A stretch of DNA of 64,000 bases from a virus. Its lineage: Duplodnaviria; Heunggongvirae; Uroviricota; Caudoviricetes. The notes under the pieces are model-generated. The model made no database searches, was not told the DNA's origin, and was given only the letters and a program-made list of their open reading frames with translations. Shown here one piece after another: positions 1 to 9,870 of the stretch. How positions within the stretch are numbered: the first letter of the stretch is position 1; each line of letters begins with the position of its first letter. Made by a program: the position numbers and the translations under genes. The stretch lies in IMG/VR virus record IMGVR_UViG_3300044259_000172. The stretch is one strand, 5' to 3'.

Positions 1-99
1 TCATTTATTGAATAATTTGTATAAGATCTTTCAATAGTCTTTATTTCATGGTGACCATTGACGGAAAGAATGATAGAAACAACAGCAAGAATGTTCATA

Positions 100-408
100 T
101 TATAAACTCCTAATGAAAAACTCATATTCAAGATCGGAAATAAGTTTAGGATCAGAAATTAATTCCCACCCTTCTCCTCTAAAAATTCCTTTATCCCCTT
201 CTCCATTAATCATTAAAAATTGATTCTGATAACTCACTGCTTCAATACAGCAATAGATACCTGAATGGAATTTTGATACATCTTTATAGAAGTTTCGTGG
301 GAAAGGAATATCAATAAATTTTCCTAAATCATCATCACTTTCCATTTGAAACTTCCTCAATGACCCAATTACATCCATCAGGAATTGTAATTCGACGATC
401 ATGAACAA
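100..408 (-). CDS. hypothetical protein; true start probably at an internal Met near 345-378
   Basis: ORF in minus-strand gene series; N-terminal extension overlaps upstream ORF 335..655, so a shorter start is likely. Confidence 0.35.
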   Translation of the reverse strand: MFMIVELQFLMDVIGSLRKFQMESDDDLGKFIDIPFPRNFYKDVSKFHSGIYCCIEAVSYQNQFLMINGEGDKGIFRGEGWELISDPKLISDLEYEFFIRSL

Positions 409-655
409 AGAAATTATAAAGACCTCCTCTTATAATTGCAATATTGGTTGCAACCATAATATTGAATTTGGAAGCTTCTTCGATAGCAAAAGTAAAACAA
501 GGTTCACCATTATCGTTTGGAATGGTAACATATGCCTTTGTCTTATTTGCCAATTTAAGAATTACAAAATAGTTCTTACCCACTTTAATTTCCTTTTCAA
601 TTAGAACGAGGGATCTGAATTCCGCGAGAAACACATTCCCGGAGAACTTCACCAA
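335..655 (-). CDS. hypothetical protein (106 aa)
   Basis: ORF track; co-directional tight packing with neighbours. Confidence 0.4.
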   Translation of the reverse strand: MVKFSGNVFLAEFRSLVLIEKEIKVGKNYFVILKLANKTKAYVTIPNDNGEPCFTFAIEEASKFNIMVATNIAIIRGGLYNFFVHDRRITIPDGCNWVIEEVSNGK

Positions 656-826
656 GAATCAAAAGCTTATCTGCCAAAAGTTGACGGCAACCAAGTTTTT
701 CCATGAGATTAACAATTGCGTCATCATCACCAATAAAACGCCTTGAATAGGGTTTTTCTAGATTATCAGATGAGATGATCACATCAATTAATTGCTGATC
801 GGACATAAACTTTGCAAAATGTTTCA
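597..826 (-). CDS. hypothetical protein; ATG at 826 preceded by GGAG RBS (ORF-track start 839 is a TTG extension)
   Basis: minus-sense ttGGAGattaaaATG; upstream GTTTACA promoter-like motif at 874-884. Confidence 0.45.
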
Positions 827-884
827 TTTTAATCTCCAATTTCTATAAAAGAAGACTATCATGTTTAACATTGAATGTAAACAG

Positions 885-910
885 AAAAAGAGGGATTTTA
901 TCCCTCTTTT
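885..910 (-). terminator. rho-independent terminator (aagaggga-tttta-tccctctt) overlapping stop codon of 910..2226, followed by TTTTT on minus strand
   Basis: read directly. Confidence 0.6.
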
Positions 911-2226
911 CAAACCTTTATTGTATCTCTATCAAGAGTCATAGAATCTTTAACTATTTCTACAACAATCCAAAATTTATCCTTTTGGAACATTCTTCTC
1001 AATGAGGTTATCAAATAATTTCCAGAATAAGCAAGATCGGGGGTTACAGTTCTTCCTATGTCAATATTTTCAACGTTAGGCATATCGAACTTTAATATCA
1101 TTCCCACCTTCATTTCCAATTCTCCAGGAAGAATTCCTTCTATAACAAAATTATCTAATTGGAACATTTGAGAAAGTCTAGGTGAATACCAATCTTGTAC
1201 CTGATTTCCTCCTGGAACTTCATTTGTAAAAAGTCCTTGATGTTTTACAAAAACTCTGGTATCCATTGTCATGTCATATAGATTATTGAGTTGATTTGAA
1301 GAAGAAAGAGGATATGAATCTCCCAATTTTCCTTTTAGATGTTTTGATTTATAAAAATCTTCAAAATAGTTATATTCAAAATCTTCTGATCCTTTATGAA
1401 TTATGTCAATCAATTTAATTCTATTTTTATACATCCCAAAGGACATATTCTCTAAAACATCTGAAGATTTTTTGATGCTCATCTTTTCAAATCTCATCGT
1501 ATCTTTTTCTTGACGTTGAGAATATGCATGTTTATAATCTTCTACTTTTCTCATAGGATCATACGAAACCTCAGCAAATGGCTTATTTTTAGTTTCATCA
1601 ATCAAATTTTCAAGAGCCAAGAAATTAAATCTATCTTTGTCTTCAAAGAAAAGAAAATTTCCTCCTACATATTCTTCATCTTGAGCTCTTGAGGCTATCC
1701 ATGAACAAGCGTTCAAAGGATTCCAATTAGGTATAACAAAGCATTGCTTCAATTTTGTAGTTGAGGCTAATAATTCCTTCGAAGATTTTAAGTAATTTTC
1801 TTTGATATCCTTAATAGCATCCTGATAAAATACTGAATCATATGCTTTTGAAACTTTAGTGAATGCATTTAAATACATTTCAGCAGAACAAAAATTCAAA
1901 GTATATTTTAAAACACCAAAATTGATTTGTTCTCTATCAGAGATTTTGTAAATCATGAATGTTCCCTTTAAGGTACTATATCCATCAAATACTTCAATTT
2001 CTAAAGTTTCCTCTCCTATTATAGGAATATTTTTGATCATATTTTTCGTGTCAACTATGACCAATGAACCAGTCATTGTAGGAGATAAAAGATCCTCAAA
2101 AATATTAAGTTCAACAGCATTAGGAATGACATCAATATTGTTGATTTTTAATTTTCTATATTCATAATATCCTGGATACTGAGCAATATTTTTCGAATAT
2201 TCTTTTGAATTAAAAATTACACTCAT
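910..2226 (-). CDS. putative virion structural protein (baseplate/tail module, 438 aa)
   Basis: large ORF in block adjacent to tail fiber genes; terminator hairpin overlaps stop; product assignment is contextual only. Confidence 0.5.
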   Translation of the reverse strand: MSVIFNSKEYSKNIAQYPGYYEYRKLKINNIDVIPNAVELNIFEDLLSPTMTGSLVIVDTKNMIKNIPIIGEETLEIEVFDGYSTLKGTFMIYKISDREQINFGVLKYTLNFCSAEMYLNAFTKVSKAYDSVFYQDAIKDIKENYLKSSKELLASTTKLKQCFVIPNWNPLNACSWIASRAQDEEYVGGNFLFFEDKDRFNFLALENLIDETKNKPFAEVSYDPMRKVEDYKHAYSQRQEKDTMRFEKMSIKKSSDVLENMSFGMYKNRIKLIDIIHKGSEDFEYNYFEDFYKSKHLKGKLGDSYPLSSSNQLNNLYDMTMDTRVFVKHQGLFTNEVPGGNQVQDWYSPRLSQMFQLDNFVIEGILPGELEMKVGMILKFDMPNVENIDIGRTVTPDLAYSGNYLITSLRRMFQKDKFWIVVEIVKDSMTLDRDTIKV

Positions 2227-2774
2227 CTTAAAAGACTCTTCGCAAGATCAGTTATTTCAGGAAGATATCTCTTATCCAATATTTTGATATTTTTCTTTTT
2301 ATCATTTTCAATAACAAGAGAATCATATGTCGAAATAGGTTTTCCTAATCCATATACAATATTATTTTTAATTGCTCCAAGCCCATCCCCATTAAAATAA
2401 TAGCTTTGGGTATTTCCATCTTGATCTATAAATGATGCAGGAAATTTTTCTGAAACTATTATTCCAGATGAGTCTTCATATCTTTCAATAGTTTTAGGAG
2501 TGTCTCCATATTTCCAATCCATAAATTTTGACATGACTTTGTCAGATTTAGGCCAATCTTTTAAAGTCATTTTATTTGTGATAAGAATAACCCAATGATA
2601 GTATGGAACATTATAAAATTTATTTGAAACGGAATCAGGTCTTTCACCATCTTGGACATAATATTCATCATACATATATTTTGGATCATCAAGATCAATA
2701 GAAGTCAATGCTTTTGAAAGATCTGTGATGTATTGATCATCATATAAAATCGTATTAAAAAATGAAAAAAACAA
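2223..2774 (-). CDS. hypothetical protein, structural-module context (183 aa)
   Basis: ORF with 4-bp start/stop overlap to downstream gene (operon packing). Confidence 0.5.
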   Translation of the reverse strand: MFFSFFNTILYDDQYITDLSKALTSIDLDDPKYMYDEYYVQDGERPDSVSNKFYNVPYYHWVILITNKMTLKDWPKSDKVMSKFMDWKYGDTPKTIERYEDSSGIIVSEKFPASFIDQDGNTQSYYFNGDGLGAIKNNIVYGLGKPISTYDSLVIENDKKKNIKILDKRYLPEITDLAKSLLR

Positions 2775-2779
2775 TTTGA

Positions 2780-3658
2780 TTAACTTCCATACGTAAATAA
2801 GTCTGCAATAATACCTGATCTTGATTTTCTGATATCTTCTTTCGTAAGAGGATACAATTCCAGAAAGGTCAAATCTAAATTAGTAAATGCCATATTTTGA
2901 TCTTTAAGAATTTTAGGACCATATGGAGCATAATCAACATTCATATTAGTCAAAACTAATGTTTGTAATTTAGGAATTCTAGTTCCTACAAATTGTAATT
3001 CAAAAGAATCAGGAATAAAATATGATGAAAGATCTCCTCCTGACAATTCAGGATGAGATGATAATTCTAGATAATAAATTAGATTTTCTAAGGTTTTCGA
3101 TTCGGTAGAATTTCTAGGGGCAAATTCCCAAGAAAATGTAAATGTTCTAAACGACACCCCATTATAGTAAATTTCTTTGAATGGATTAGAAACTGCTCCA
3201 ACATTTTTTTGCATAAGTTTTCTTAAACCTAAGGTAGGAGCAATATCAATCAATTTATTCTTTGCAGCATCTCCAAAACTTCTACCGGCATCCGCTACTG
3301 AAGAAATATCTCCATTATTAACTCTTGCTATAGCTTGTTCAAGGAATCCTGTTTCTTGTTGAGACCAATCATTTGACCAAGAAAACGGAATATTTCTAGG
3401 AAGAGGTAAAGCAATCGAGGATGTAAGTCTACTAACAGCAGAAAATTTATTGCCTCCTGATGTATCTTCAACTGGAACGGTAGTTCCAGCAGAAGTTATA
3501 GTTGAAGATTTTGTATCATTATGCCTAGTGTTTTTAACAGTTATCTGAGTATAAGTTATATTATCAGGAACTTTTGTCCCTGATATTGTAGATGAGTTTG
3601 AATTATTTTCATCATCAGATGTTATTGTCGAACTAAGATCAAATACTTGAAGTGCCAT
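2780..3658 (-). CDS. putative virion structural protein (292 aa; S/T-rich N-terminus)
   Basis: ORF; context next to tail genes; product assignment contextual only. Confidence 0.5.
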   Translation of the reverse strand: MALQVFDLSSTITSDDENNSNSSTISGTKVPDNITYTQITVKNTRHNDTKSSTITSAGTTVPVEDTSGGNKFSAVSRLTSSIALPLPRNIPFSWSNDWSQQETGFLEQAIARVNNGDISSVADAGRSFGDAAKNKLIDIAPTLGLRKLMQKNVGAVSNPFKEIYYNGVSFRTFTFSWEFAPRNSTESKTLENLIYYLELSSHPELSGGDLSSYFIPDSFELQFVGTRIPKLQTLVLTNMNVDYAPYGPKILKDQNMAFTNLDLTFLELYPLTKEDIRKSRSGIIADLFTYGS

Positions 3659-3679
3659 TTACTATTTATAAGATTTATT

Positions 3680-3997
3680 TTAAATACCCTTTGAATTTAT
3701 AAGGTATTCATATTTTCCAATAATAGAAACTAGTTGATTTCTATATTTGAAAATCCTATCATTCAAGACCCATCTTTCATAAATTTCTTGTTCATAATCT
3801 TTTCCTTTTCTATTCAAAAGAAATGAGTCTTTTAAGAAGAGAGGAAAGTCATACTTATTGACTCCGCATCCAGTGATCATCTTTTTTCTGGAATTGATTT
3901 CTTCTTCAATCATAAGTGAATTAAAAAAATTAAAAGATTCCTTAAGAAAGGACAGAGCTAATTCCCTATTTCCTTTAATGATTTCAATTTTTTCCAT
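3680..3997 (-). CDS. hypothetical protein (105 aa)
   Basis: ORF track; overlaps upstream gene by 14 bp, typical operon packing. Confidence 0.45.
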   Translation of the reverse strand: MEKIEIIKGNRELALSFLKESFNFFNSLMIEEEINSRKKMITGCGVNKYDFPLFLKDSFLLNRKGKDYEQEIYERWVLNDRIFKYRNQLVSIIGKYEYLINSKGI

Positions 3998-4346
3998 CTA
4001 ACTTATCCTCAAAATGATCAGAAATAGCTCCAGATAAACCTAGATAAGGATATTGGAAACATTTTACTTCAATTGTATTATTCTTTTCAGAAAATCCATC
4101 GAAAATTTCCTTAAGTTGAAGACATGTTTCAATTCCTTTATAGGAAAGGACATCTGAAGACTTTACACCATCAATATTATAATTGATAAGAGCAATTACT
4201 TCGGGATGATAATTTTCAATTCTTTTTAGCTTTTCTAAGTAAAGAAGATAATAAAGTCCATTCCACAGAATGGCTAAAGTGACAATAACTATGATAAATC
4301 GATAGAATTTTTTGTTGCCTTCATTCATTTTAATTTTTAATCCCAT
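3984..4346 (-). CDS. hypothetical membrane protein (N-terminal TM helix FYRFIIVIVTLAILWNGLYYLLY)
   Basis: ORF; hydrophobic segment. Confidence 0.45.
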   Translation of the reverse strand: MGLKIKMNEGNKKFYRFIIVIVTLAILWNGLYYLLYLEKLKRIENYHPEVIALINYNIDGVKSSDVLSYKGIETCLQLKEIFDGFSEKNNTIEVKCFQYPYLGLSGAISDHFEDKLDGKN

Positions 4347-4387
4347 TTTGGTATTGATTGAAGATATCTAGTTTAGATAGGAAATAA

Positions 4388-4496
4388 TAAGAAACAAGCT
4401 TTAGCTTGATCGTGAAACGATAATCTAAAACAATTTAGATTGTTTTGTTTCATCACTTTCAGTGATCCTCAAGCTAAAGCTTGCGGTTTCTTTTAA
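4388..4496. repeat. composite palindromic element in divergent intergenic region: outer inverted repeat AAGAAACAAGCTTTAGCTTG ... CAAGCTAAAGCTTGcggTTTCTT enclosing palindromes ATCGTGAAACGAT, ATCTAAAACAATTTAGAT and ATCACTTTCAGTGAT
   Basis: read directly; first ~35 bp recur at 63560. Confidence 0.6.
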
Positions 4497-4724
4497 TATA
4501 GATTTTAAGATTTCCTTTAAAATATTATACACCGGTCCTAGAATGTTGTACACAAAATAATGACAATTATTTCATAATTTCATTCAATTTGTCTCTCAAT
4601 GTATCAATAATATCTTTCGATTCACCTTTTATAATTGCATCAAGTTTTTCATATCGAACTCTTTGACTTTGCTAAAATTATTATACAAAATAAATCTCCT
4701 AAAGTAAACACTAATAAATAAAGA

Positions 4725-5168
4725 ATGAGTGGAAGACGGACATATCAAGGACAATATTATCCAATAAATGAATCGAAATATATTGGAGATCCTACAAAAA
4801 TAGTTTATAGATCATCATGGGAACTTCTCTTTTCAAAGTTTTTGGATTTTAATTCAAATGTAAAATTTTGGTCTTCAGAAGAAATTGTAATTCCTTATTA
4901 TTTTCCTTTAGACGGAAAAATGCATAGATATTTTCCAGATTATTGGGTAGAATTTCATAATGGGAAAAAGGTCATTATTGAGATAAAGCCTTATAATGAA
5001 ACTATAGAACCTGTCCTTAAAAAGGGAGGAAACAAAAGAGTTTTTGCGGATAGAATGGCAACATATTTAAAAAATAAAGCAAAATGGGAAGCTGCGAAAG
5101 AATTCTGTAAAGACCGAGGATGGGAATTTCATGTTTTTGATGAGCATTATTTAAAAAGATTGAAATAA
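4725..5168 (+). CDS. hypothetical protein with PD-(D/E)xK-like motif (FPDYW...VIIEIKP)
   Basis: plus-strand ORF after strand switch; D...E-x-K spacing consistent with restriction-endonuclease-like fold (weak). Confidence 0.45.
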   Translation: MSGRRTYQGQYYPINESKYIGDPTKIVYRSSWELLFSKFLDFNSNVKFWSSEEIVIPYYFPLDGKMHRYFPDYWVEFHNGKKVIIEIKPYNETIEPVLKKGGNKRVFADRMATYLKNKAKWEAAKEFCKDRGWEFHVFDEHYLKRLK

Positions 5169-5195
5169 ATATCAAATAAGAATAAGGAATAGAAA

Positions 5196-8100
5196 TTGGC
5201 TTTGGATATTAAAAAGGTCTCAATTGGAGAAATATTTCCATTTGAAAATAAAGATGAAGGATTTTCAGGAGATTCTGTTAGAGAAGCATTTGACAAATAT
5301 AATCAAAATTTTGATGCAATAAGTTCTCAAATTGGTGGAGGTTCAGGAACTGGTACAAATATTTCTGATTCCTATATTGATGCAAATACGGATTATACAC
5401 AATTCTTTAATGGAGAATCTCTTCTAGATTGGTCAGTTTCTAATGGAACTTTGACCATTGATAATTCTACATCAGAAGCTATCTGGACAGCAAATTCAAA
5501 TTCATATATTTACAGAAAATCAACAGCAATTAATGGGAAAAGATTCACTCATTTTGTTATAGAAATTGTAAGGGTTTCAGGAGGAGCGGTTCCTAATCAA
5601 AGAGTAACTACATTTTCTCCTAATCACGATTTTAATTTTTCTGTAAATTATGCTCAACCTATTGGAAATCCAGTTTCAATTCTGGTAGGTGACACAACTA
5701 TTTTAGTCTTTCCTCTTTCTGATATTCAAGATTGGACTGCAGGAACTACAACAGGTTTAGCTTGTAAATTATCAAATTCAGCAGGATCATATAGAATTAA
5801 ATCTATTAGATTAGTAGGACCTGATTCTTCATTCGTTCAACAAGCTTCTATAGCAGCCGGCAATGCTGCTACTCAGGCAGAATTAGCACAGACTTTAGCT
5901 GAAGCATCTGCTCAACTTTCAGATATTAGAGCTACTGCTGCTAATGATGCTAAAAATTTAGCTGAACAATTTAAAGATCAATCCAATGATTTTGCAAATC
6001 AAGCCCAAGGTTTTGCAATTGATGCCTCAACATATTCTGAAAAATCAAATTTTTCAGAATTAATGTCTACAGCAGCATCAAGATTTGCTCTTTATCAGCA
6101 AATAAATCCTAATGCCAATTGGGATTTTTCTGATGGAGGAATTCATGGATGGACAGGAGTTAATGCGACTTTAACAAATTCAGGATCAACTCTTAAAGTA
6201 ACTCATACTGATCTTGATGGGCAGATTTTTTCCCCTGTTTCTCTTTCATCTTCTGGGGTGATTTATACAAAAGTTGTAATCAAAGTTCATGTGGAAACCG
6301 GAGTTGTTCCGGATTTTACCCAATGTAGATTATTTTATACAACCACATCAAGACAAGCATTTAATGCTGATTATTACATTTCTCCTATAGGGTTTGAAAA
6401 ATTAACTCTTAATGAGAATAATAATGTATATTTAATGTTTGATGCTGACACACCAGGAAGCCCTCAAAGTGATTGGGAAACGTCAACAATAAGGCAATTG
6501 AGATTTGATTTAGCGAATCAAAATCCATTAGTCTATGATATTGATTACATTTATCTTCTTGGAACAGATTCTGCATTTCCTTATAAACAAGCTCAAGCTG
6601 CTGCAACATCAGCCCAAAATGCTGGAACGTCTGAAACTGCTGCTCAGCAATTTGCTCAAGCTTCTCAGACATTTGCTACAGCGGCTCAAACTTCAGAATC
6701 AAATGCTTTGACTTCAGCAAATCAAGCTTCTGTATCTGAAACAAATGCTCAAGGAGCAGCTACAACTGCCACAACTGCTTCATTGGCAGCAGCTCAGTCT
6801 GAATCAAATGCCTCAAATTCATCAGGACAGGCACAATCATATGCAACCCAAGCAGCCTCTTCTGCTTCTTCTGCGGAAGGTTCTTCAGTTGCAGCTTCAC
6901 AATCAGCAACAGTTGCAGCTAGAGTTTCTCAAGGAATTCCGGTTTCTCTAAATCCTGTATTCAATAATTGGCCAACATCAGGACTTCCATACGGTGGGCA
7001 ACTTCTTCCTGGAACTAATTTAGTCAATATTGTCAAAAATACTGCCAATGCAATTTATTCGCCATATGCTTTGCAATTTAATATTCCTTCATCTTCAGAT
7101 TTTGGAGTAGAATTTAATAGTTCATCGACCCAGACTTCTGTTCAATTAGTTGATGTAGAATATTATGTAGCAGAAATTGATATGGCTTTGGTAGCAGGTG
7201 ATGGGGCAGCAACTGGAATTGAAATTGCTAAAATATTTTCTGACACTACTTCTGTTGTGACTACTATTCCATTTTCAAGTTTCACTAAATTCTCTTCAAA
7301 TCGCTATCAATATTCAGGATTAGTTCCGCTATCAACCCCTACTGGCAAAACTATTTCTACGATTAGAATTAGAATTTATGGAAATAATGCAACAATAGGA
7401 ACAGGAATAGCAAAAACTATAATTTGGCATAAAGTAAATATTAGAAGTGCTTCTTCATCAGAAATAGTTGCTAATAAAGTAAATGGAGAAGTTTATGCTT
7501 TAGTTCAACAAGAAGCTGATGCTAGAATTGCTGCGGATGGAAGTATCTCATCTAAGTATACTGTAAAAATTGATAATAATGGTTATATCTCTGGATATGG
7601 ACTGATTGCGACAGAAAATAATGGTGTTCCAACTTCAGAAATGAGTTTTCTAGTTGATAAGTTCAAGGTTGTTTCTCCTGGAGCAGGTGGAACAGCTGGA
7701 ACTCCTACTCAAATGTTCTCAGTGGGTTCTGTGAATGGAATTACTTCGATGGTTCTTAATGGAAACCTAATAGCTGATGGAGCTATTTCTTCTAGATCTC
7801 TTTTAGTTGGAATAGGCGGAAATTTAATTGATAATGCAGATTTCTCAGCAAGTCTGAATTATTATTCAATGTATCAACAAGGAACATCTCATACCCTTAC
7901 TCTCGACAATTCATCAGTGTATTCAATTCCTCAAGGATCTTTAAGACTTTATGGAAACACCGCTTCTACGACTGATTTTGCAAATTGCCTTATGATGGAT
8001 TCTTCTGGAAATTTTAAGTCATATTCGATTACTCCAGGAAAAAGATATGAATTTTCTGTTTATCTTTTTGGTTTGAGATGTAAAGGTGGCCCACGTATCC

Positions 8101-8633
8101 AATGGTTTGATTCTACAGGAACTTTGATTTCAGAGGCTACTTCGAATGATTATACTTTTGGATCTCCAGCCTCTCCTGCTAGATTAATTTCGGCTTATCA
8201 AAGAGTTGGAATTTTTGCCACAGCACCTGCAAATGCCACATCTGCAAAGATTTTTATCCAAAAAGGACCAACATTATCAGGAACGGATTCATATCTTTGG
8301 ATTGCAAGACCTCTATTTTCCGAAGCTTTGGCAAATCAGACAGAATTTTCAACATGGCAACCTGGAGGAGCAACATCTATTCAAGGTGGATCCATTGTCA
8401 CAGGATCAATTGCTGCTGATAGATTAAATGTAACTAATTTGTCTGCAATTTCAGCAAATTTGGGATCGATCACTGCTGGATCTATTAATGTAAATAATAA
8501 ATTCATAATGGGAACAGATGGATCTATCGTAATAAGATCATCGACAACTGGACAAAGATTAGAAATAACCTCATCACTCATTAGAGTTTTTGATGGAAAC
8601 AATGTAGAACGAGTAAGATTAGGGATTTGGTAA
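5196..8633 (+). CDS. tail fiber protein (1145 aa)
   Basis: very large ORF; long A/S/T/Q-rich low-complexity tract (aa ~450-590) and repetitive Gly/Ser/Thr/Asn-rich C-terminal region typical of phage fibers. Confidence 0.7.
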   Translation: MALDIKKVSIGEIFPFENKDEGFSGDSVREAFDKYNQNFDAISSQIGGGSGTGTNISDSYIDANTDYTQFFNGESLLDWSVSNGTLTIDNSTSEAIWTANSNSYIYRKSTAINGKRFTHFVIEIVRVSGGAVPNQRVTTFSPNHDFNFSVNYAQPIGNPVSILVGDTTILVFPLSDIQDWTAGTTTGLACKLSNSAGSYRIKSIRLVGPDSSFVQQASIAAGNAATQAELAQTLAEASAQLSDIRATAANDAKNLAEQFKDQSNDFANQAQGFAIDASTYSEKSNFSELMSTAASRFALYQQINPNANWDFSDGGIHGWTGVNATLTNSGSTLKVTHTDLDGQIFSPVSLSSSGVIYTKVVIKVHVETGVVPDFTQCRLFYTTTSRQAFNADYYISPIGFEKLTLNENNNVYLMFDADTPGSPQSDWETSTIRQLRFDLANQNPLVYDIDYIYLLGTDSAFPYKQAQAAATSAQNAGTSETAAQQFAQASQTFATAAQTSESNALTSANQASVSETNAQGAATTATTASLAAAQSESNASNSSGQAQSYATQAASSASSAEGSSVAASQSATVAARVSQGIPVSLNPVFNNWPTSGLPYGGQLLPGTNLVNIVKNTANAIYSPYALQFNIPSSSDFGVEFNSSSTQTSVQLVDVEYYVAEIDMALVAGDGAATGIEIAKIFSDTTSVVTTIPFSSFTKFSSNRYQYSGLVPLSTPTGKTISTIRIRIYGNNATIGTGIAKTIIWHKVNIRSASSSEIVANKVNGEVYALVQQEADARIAADGSISSKYTVKIDNNGYISGYGLIATENNGVPTSEMSFLVDKFKVVSPGAGGTAGTPTQMFSVGSVNGITSMVLNGNLIADGAISSRSLLVGIGGNLIDNADFSASLNYYSMYQQGTSHTLTLDNSSVYSIPQGSLRLYGNTASTTDFANCLMMDSSGNFKSYSITPGKRYEFSVYLFGLRCKGGPRIQWFDSTGTLISEATSNDYTFGSPASPARLISAYQRVGIFATAPANATSAKIFIQKGPTLSGTDSYLWIARPLFSEALANQTEFSTWQPGGATSIQGGSIVTGSIAADRLNVTNLSAISANLGSITAGSINVNNKFIMGTDGSIVIRSSTTGQRLEITSSLIRVFDGNNVERVRLGIW

Positions 8634-8636
8634 AAT

Positions 8637-8930
8637 ATGGCTCAAGGATTACAAATTAGGGATGGATCAGGAAATATCACATTCGATTTTACTGATAGAA
8701 CTACACTTATTTTGGGAGAATTATATAAACCTTCAGGAAGTGGAATGGTAGAAGTTTATGATGATAGACTTTATTTAGGAAATTCTTTCTATATTATATT
8801 TAATGCAAATTCTATTACATTTGATTTAATTCATATATCTGGAAATAGAGTTTGGGTTGATATTTATGATCCTTCAGGAGCGGGTCCATTTACAAATTTT
8901 TCCTGTAATATAATGTATGGAATTTATTAA
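8637..8930 (+). CDS. tail-fiber-associated small protein (97 aa)
   Basis: immediately downstream of fiber gene; N-terminus MAQGLQIRDGSGNITF paralogous to next gene. Confidence 0.5.
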   Translation: MAQGLQIRDGSGNITFDFTDRTTLILGELYKPSGSGMVEVYDDRLYLGNSFYIIFNANSITFDLIHISGNRVWVDIYDPSGAGPFTNFSCNIMYGIY

Positions 8931-9526
8931 TGACAGCTGGAATACAAATTATAAATAATTCCGGTCAATATCAAGTTATTCAAGATGGATTAAATTATTG
9001 TTTTAAATATAAAACTTCATTCATAGCAACTCCGACTACTACCTCTGGTAGCGATTTTAGAAATGCTAATGATGTAACAATAAGAATCTCTGGAAGCCAG
9101 AGATCAATTTTATCATATAAAACTAATGGAGTTTATATAGTAGGAAATTTTGATCCAACTTCTTATTCAGGAGGATCTATGAATTTAAATATTTCTTATA
9201 TAAATCTAACAGGAGGAAACCAAACTGTAGAAATTTTCATATTTGATAGAATTTTTGATAGAACAAATTTCGGAATGGAAATTTATGATTCTTCTGGAAA
9301 TGTGACAATGACTACCGCTTCTAGACCTTTAAGAATTGCAGGATATGCAAAACCGGGGTATTCGTTCATTGTAAATAATTTCGGAAGTTATCTTTATGAT
9401 ACTATGAACCCATTCTTTTTAAGAAATGGAGGTTCCGATGTTGAATTATCAAAACAATGGGTTTTTGATAATGTCCAGAGATTTGCTCCTACTCTTTATC
9501 TTTTTGTAGATAATGATGGAATATAA
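8930..9526 (+). CDS. tail-fiber-associated protein (198 aa), paralogous N-terminus
   Basis: start overlaps previous stop (ATGA); N-terminus MTAGIQIINNSGQYQ and internal MEIYDSSGNVTM repeat of same motif; bidirectional terminator follows. Confidence 0.5.
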   Translation: MTAGIQIINNSGQYQVIQDGLNYCFKYKTSFIATPTTTSGSDFRNANDVTIRISGSQRSILSYKTNGVYIVGNFDPTSYSGGSMNLNISYINLTGGNQTVEIFIFDRIFDRTNFGMEIYDSSGNVTMTTASRPLRIAGYAKPGYSFIVNNFGSYLYDTMNPFFLRNGGSDVELSKQWVFDNVQRFAPTLYLFVDNDGI

Positions 9527-9553
9527 AAAGGGAGGATTTTAATCCTCCCTTTT
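9527..9553. terminator. bidirectional rho-independent terminator hairpin (ggaggatt-tt-aatcctcc) flanked by T/A runs
   Basis: perfect 8-bp stem between convergent genes 8930..9526(+) and 9571..9831(-). Confidence 0.6.
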
Positions 9554-9570
9554 GACTTATTTAAAATTTA

Positions 9571-9831
9571 TTAGTGGAAAGACCCTGTACCACCAGACTG
9601 GACGGTAATAGTTTCGAAAGTTTTACCACCTCCGATACCAACATATGGAACATCACACTTAGTATCGAACTTTCCAATAGGACTCAGACGCTGACAATCC
9701 TTGACTGTTCGATATGGATGACCTGCAATTTGATATTCAGACGACTTCATAGAAGTAGTATATGTTCCAACAGTAGAACAACCTGATACCAAAACAATTA
9801 CAGCTACACTTGCAATAAGACTCTTGATCAT
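9571..9831 (-). CDS. small lipoprotein (86 aa; signal peptide plus lipobox LVSGC)
   Basis: N-terminus MIKSLIASVAVIVLVSGCST; convergent with tail fiber genes. Confidence 0.6.
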   Translation of the reverse strand: MIKSLIASVAVIVLVSGCSTVGTYTTSMKSSEYQIAGHPYRTVKDCQRLSPIGKFDTKCDVPYVGIGGGKTFETITVQSGGTGSFH

Positions 9832-9870
9832 TTTATATTCCTTTTTATCAGAGATTATTCTCTATGGATT

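Noticed and set aside
401-604. Plus-strand ORFs embedded in minus-strand gene blocks: 401..604, 1510..1692, 1955..2167, 3177..3362, 10001..10228, 10420..10662, 11904..12296, 13589..13825, 14718..15086, 15847..16466, 16827..17201, 17697..18314, 19148..19399, 20726..20971, 21283..21846, 22108..22365, 24156..24395, 26086..26574, 27055..27342, 33489..33740, 34395..34652, 40069..40296, 45196..45492, 47340..47687, 53576..53902, 54590..54793, 55552..56145 and 63407..63604
   Set aside because: They are antisense to well-supported minus-strand genes or repeat artefacts. Their translations are low-complexity I/F/K-rich, as expected for AT-rich antisense, with no RBS and no family resemblance.
3663-3670. 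TATAAATA (T4 late-promoter consensus) 4 nt before the ATG of 2780..3658
   Set aside because: Too close to the start codon to leave a 5'-UTR with RBS. It is probably coincidental in a 70% AT genome; late promoters were not confidently mapped.
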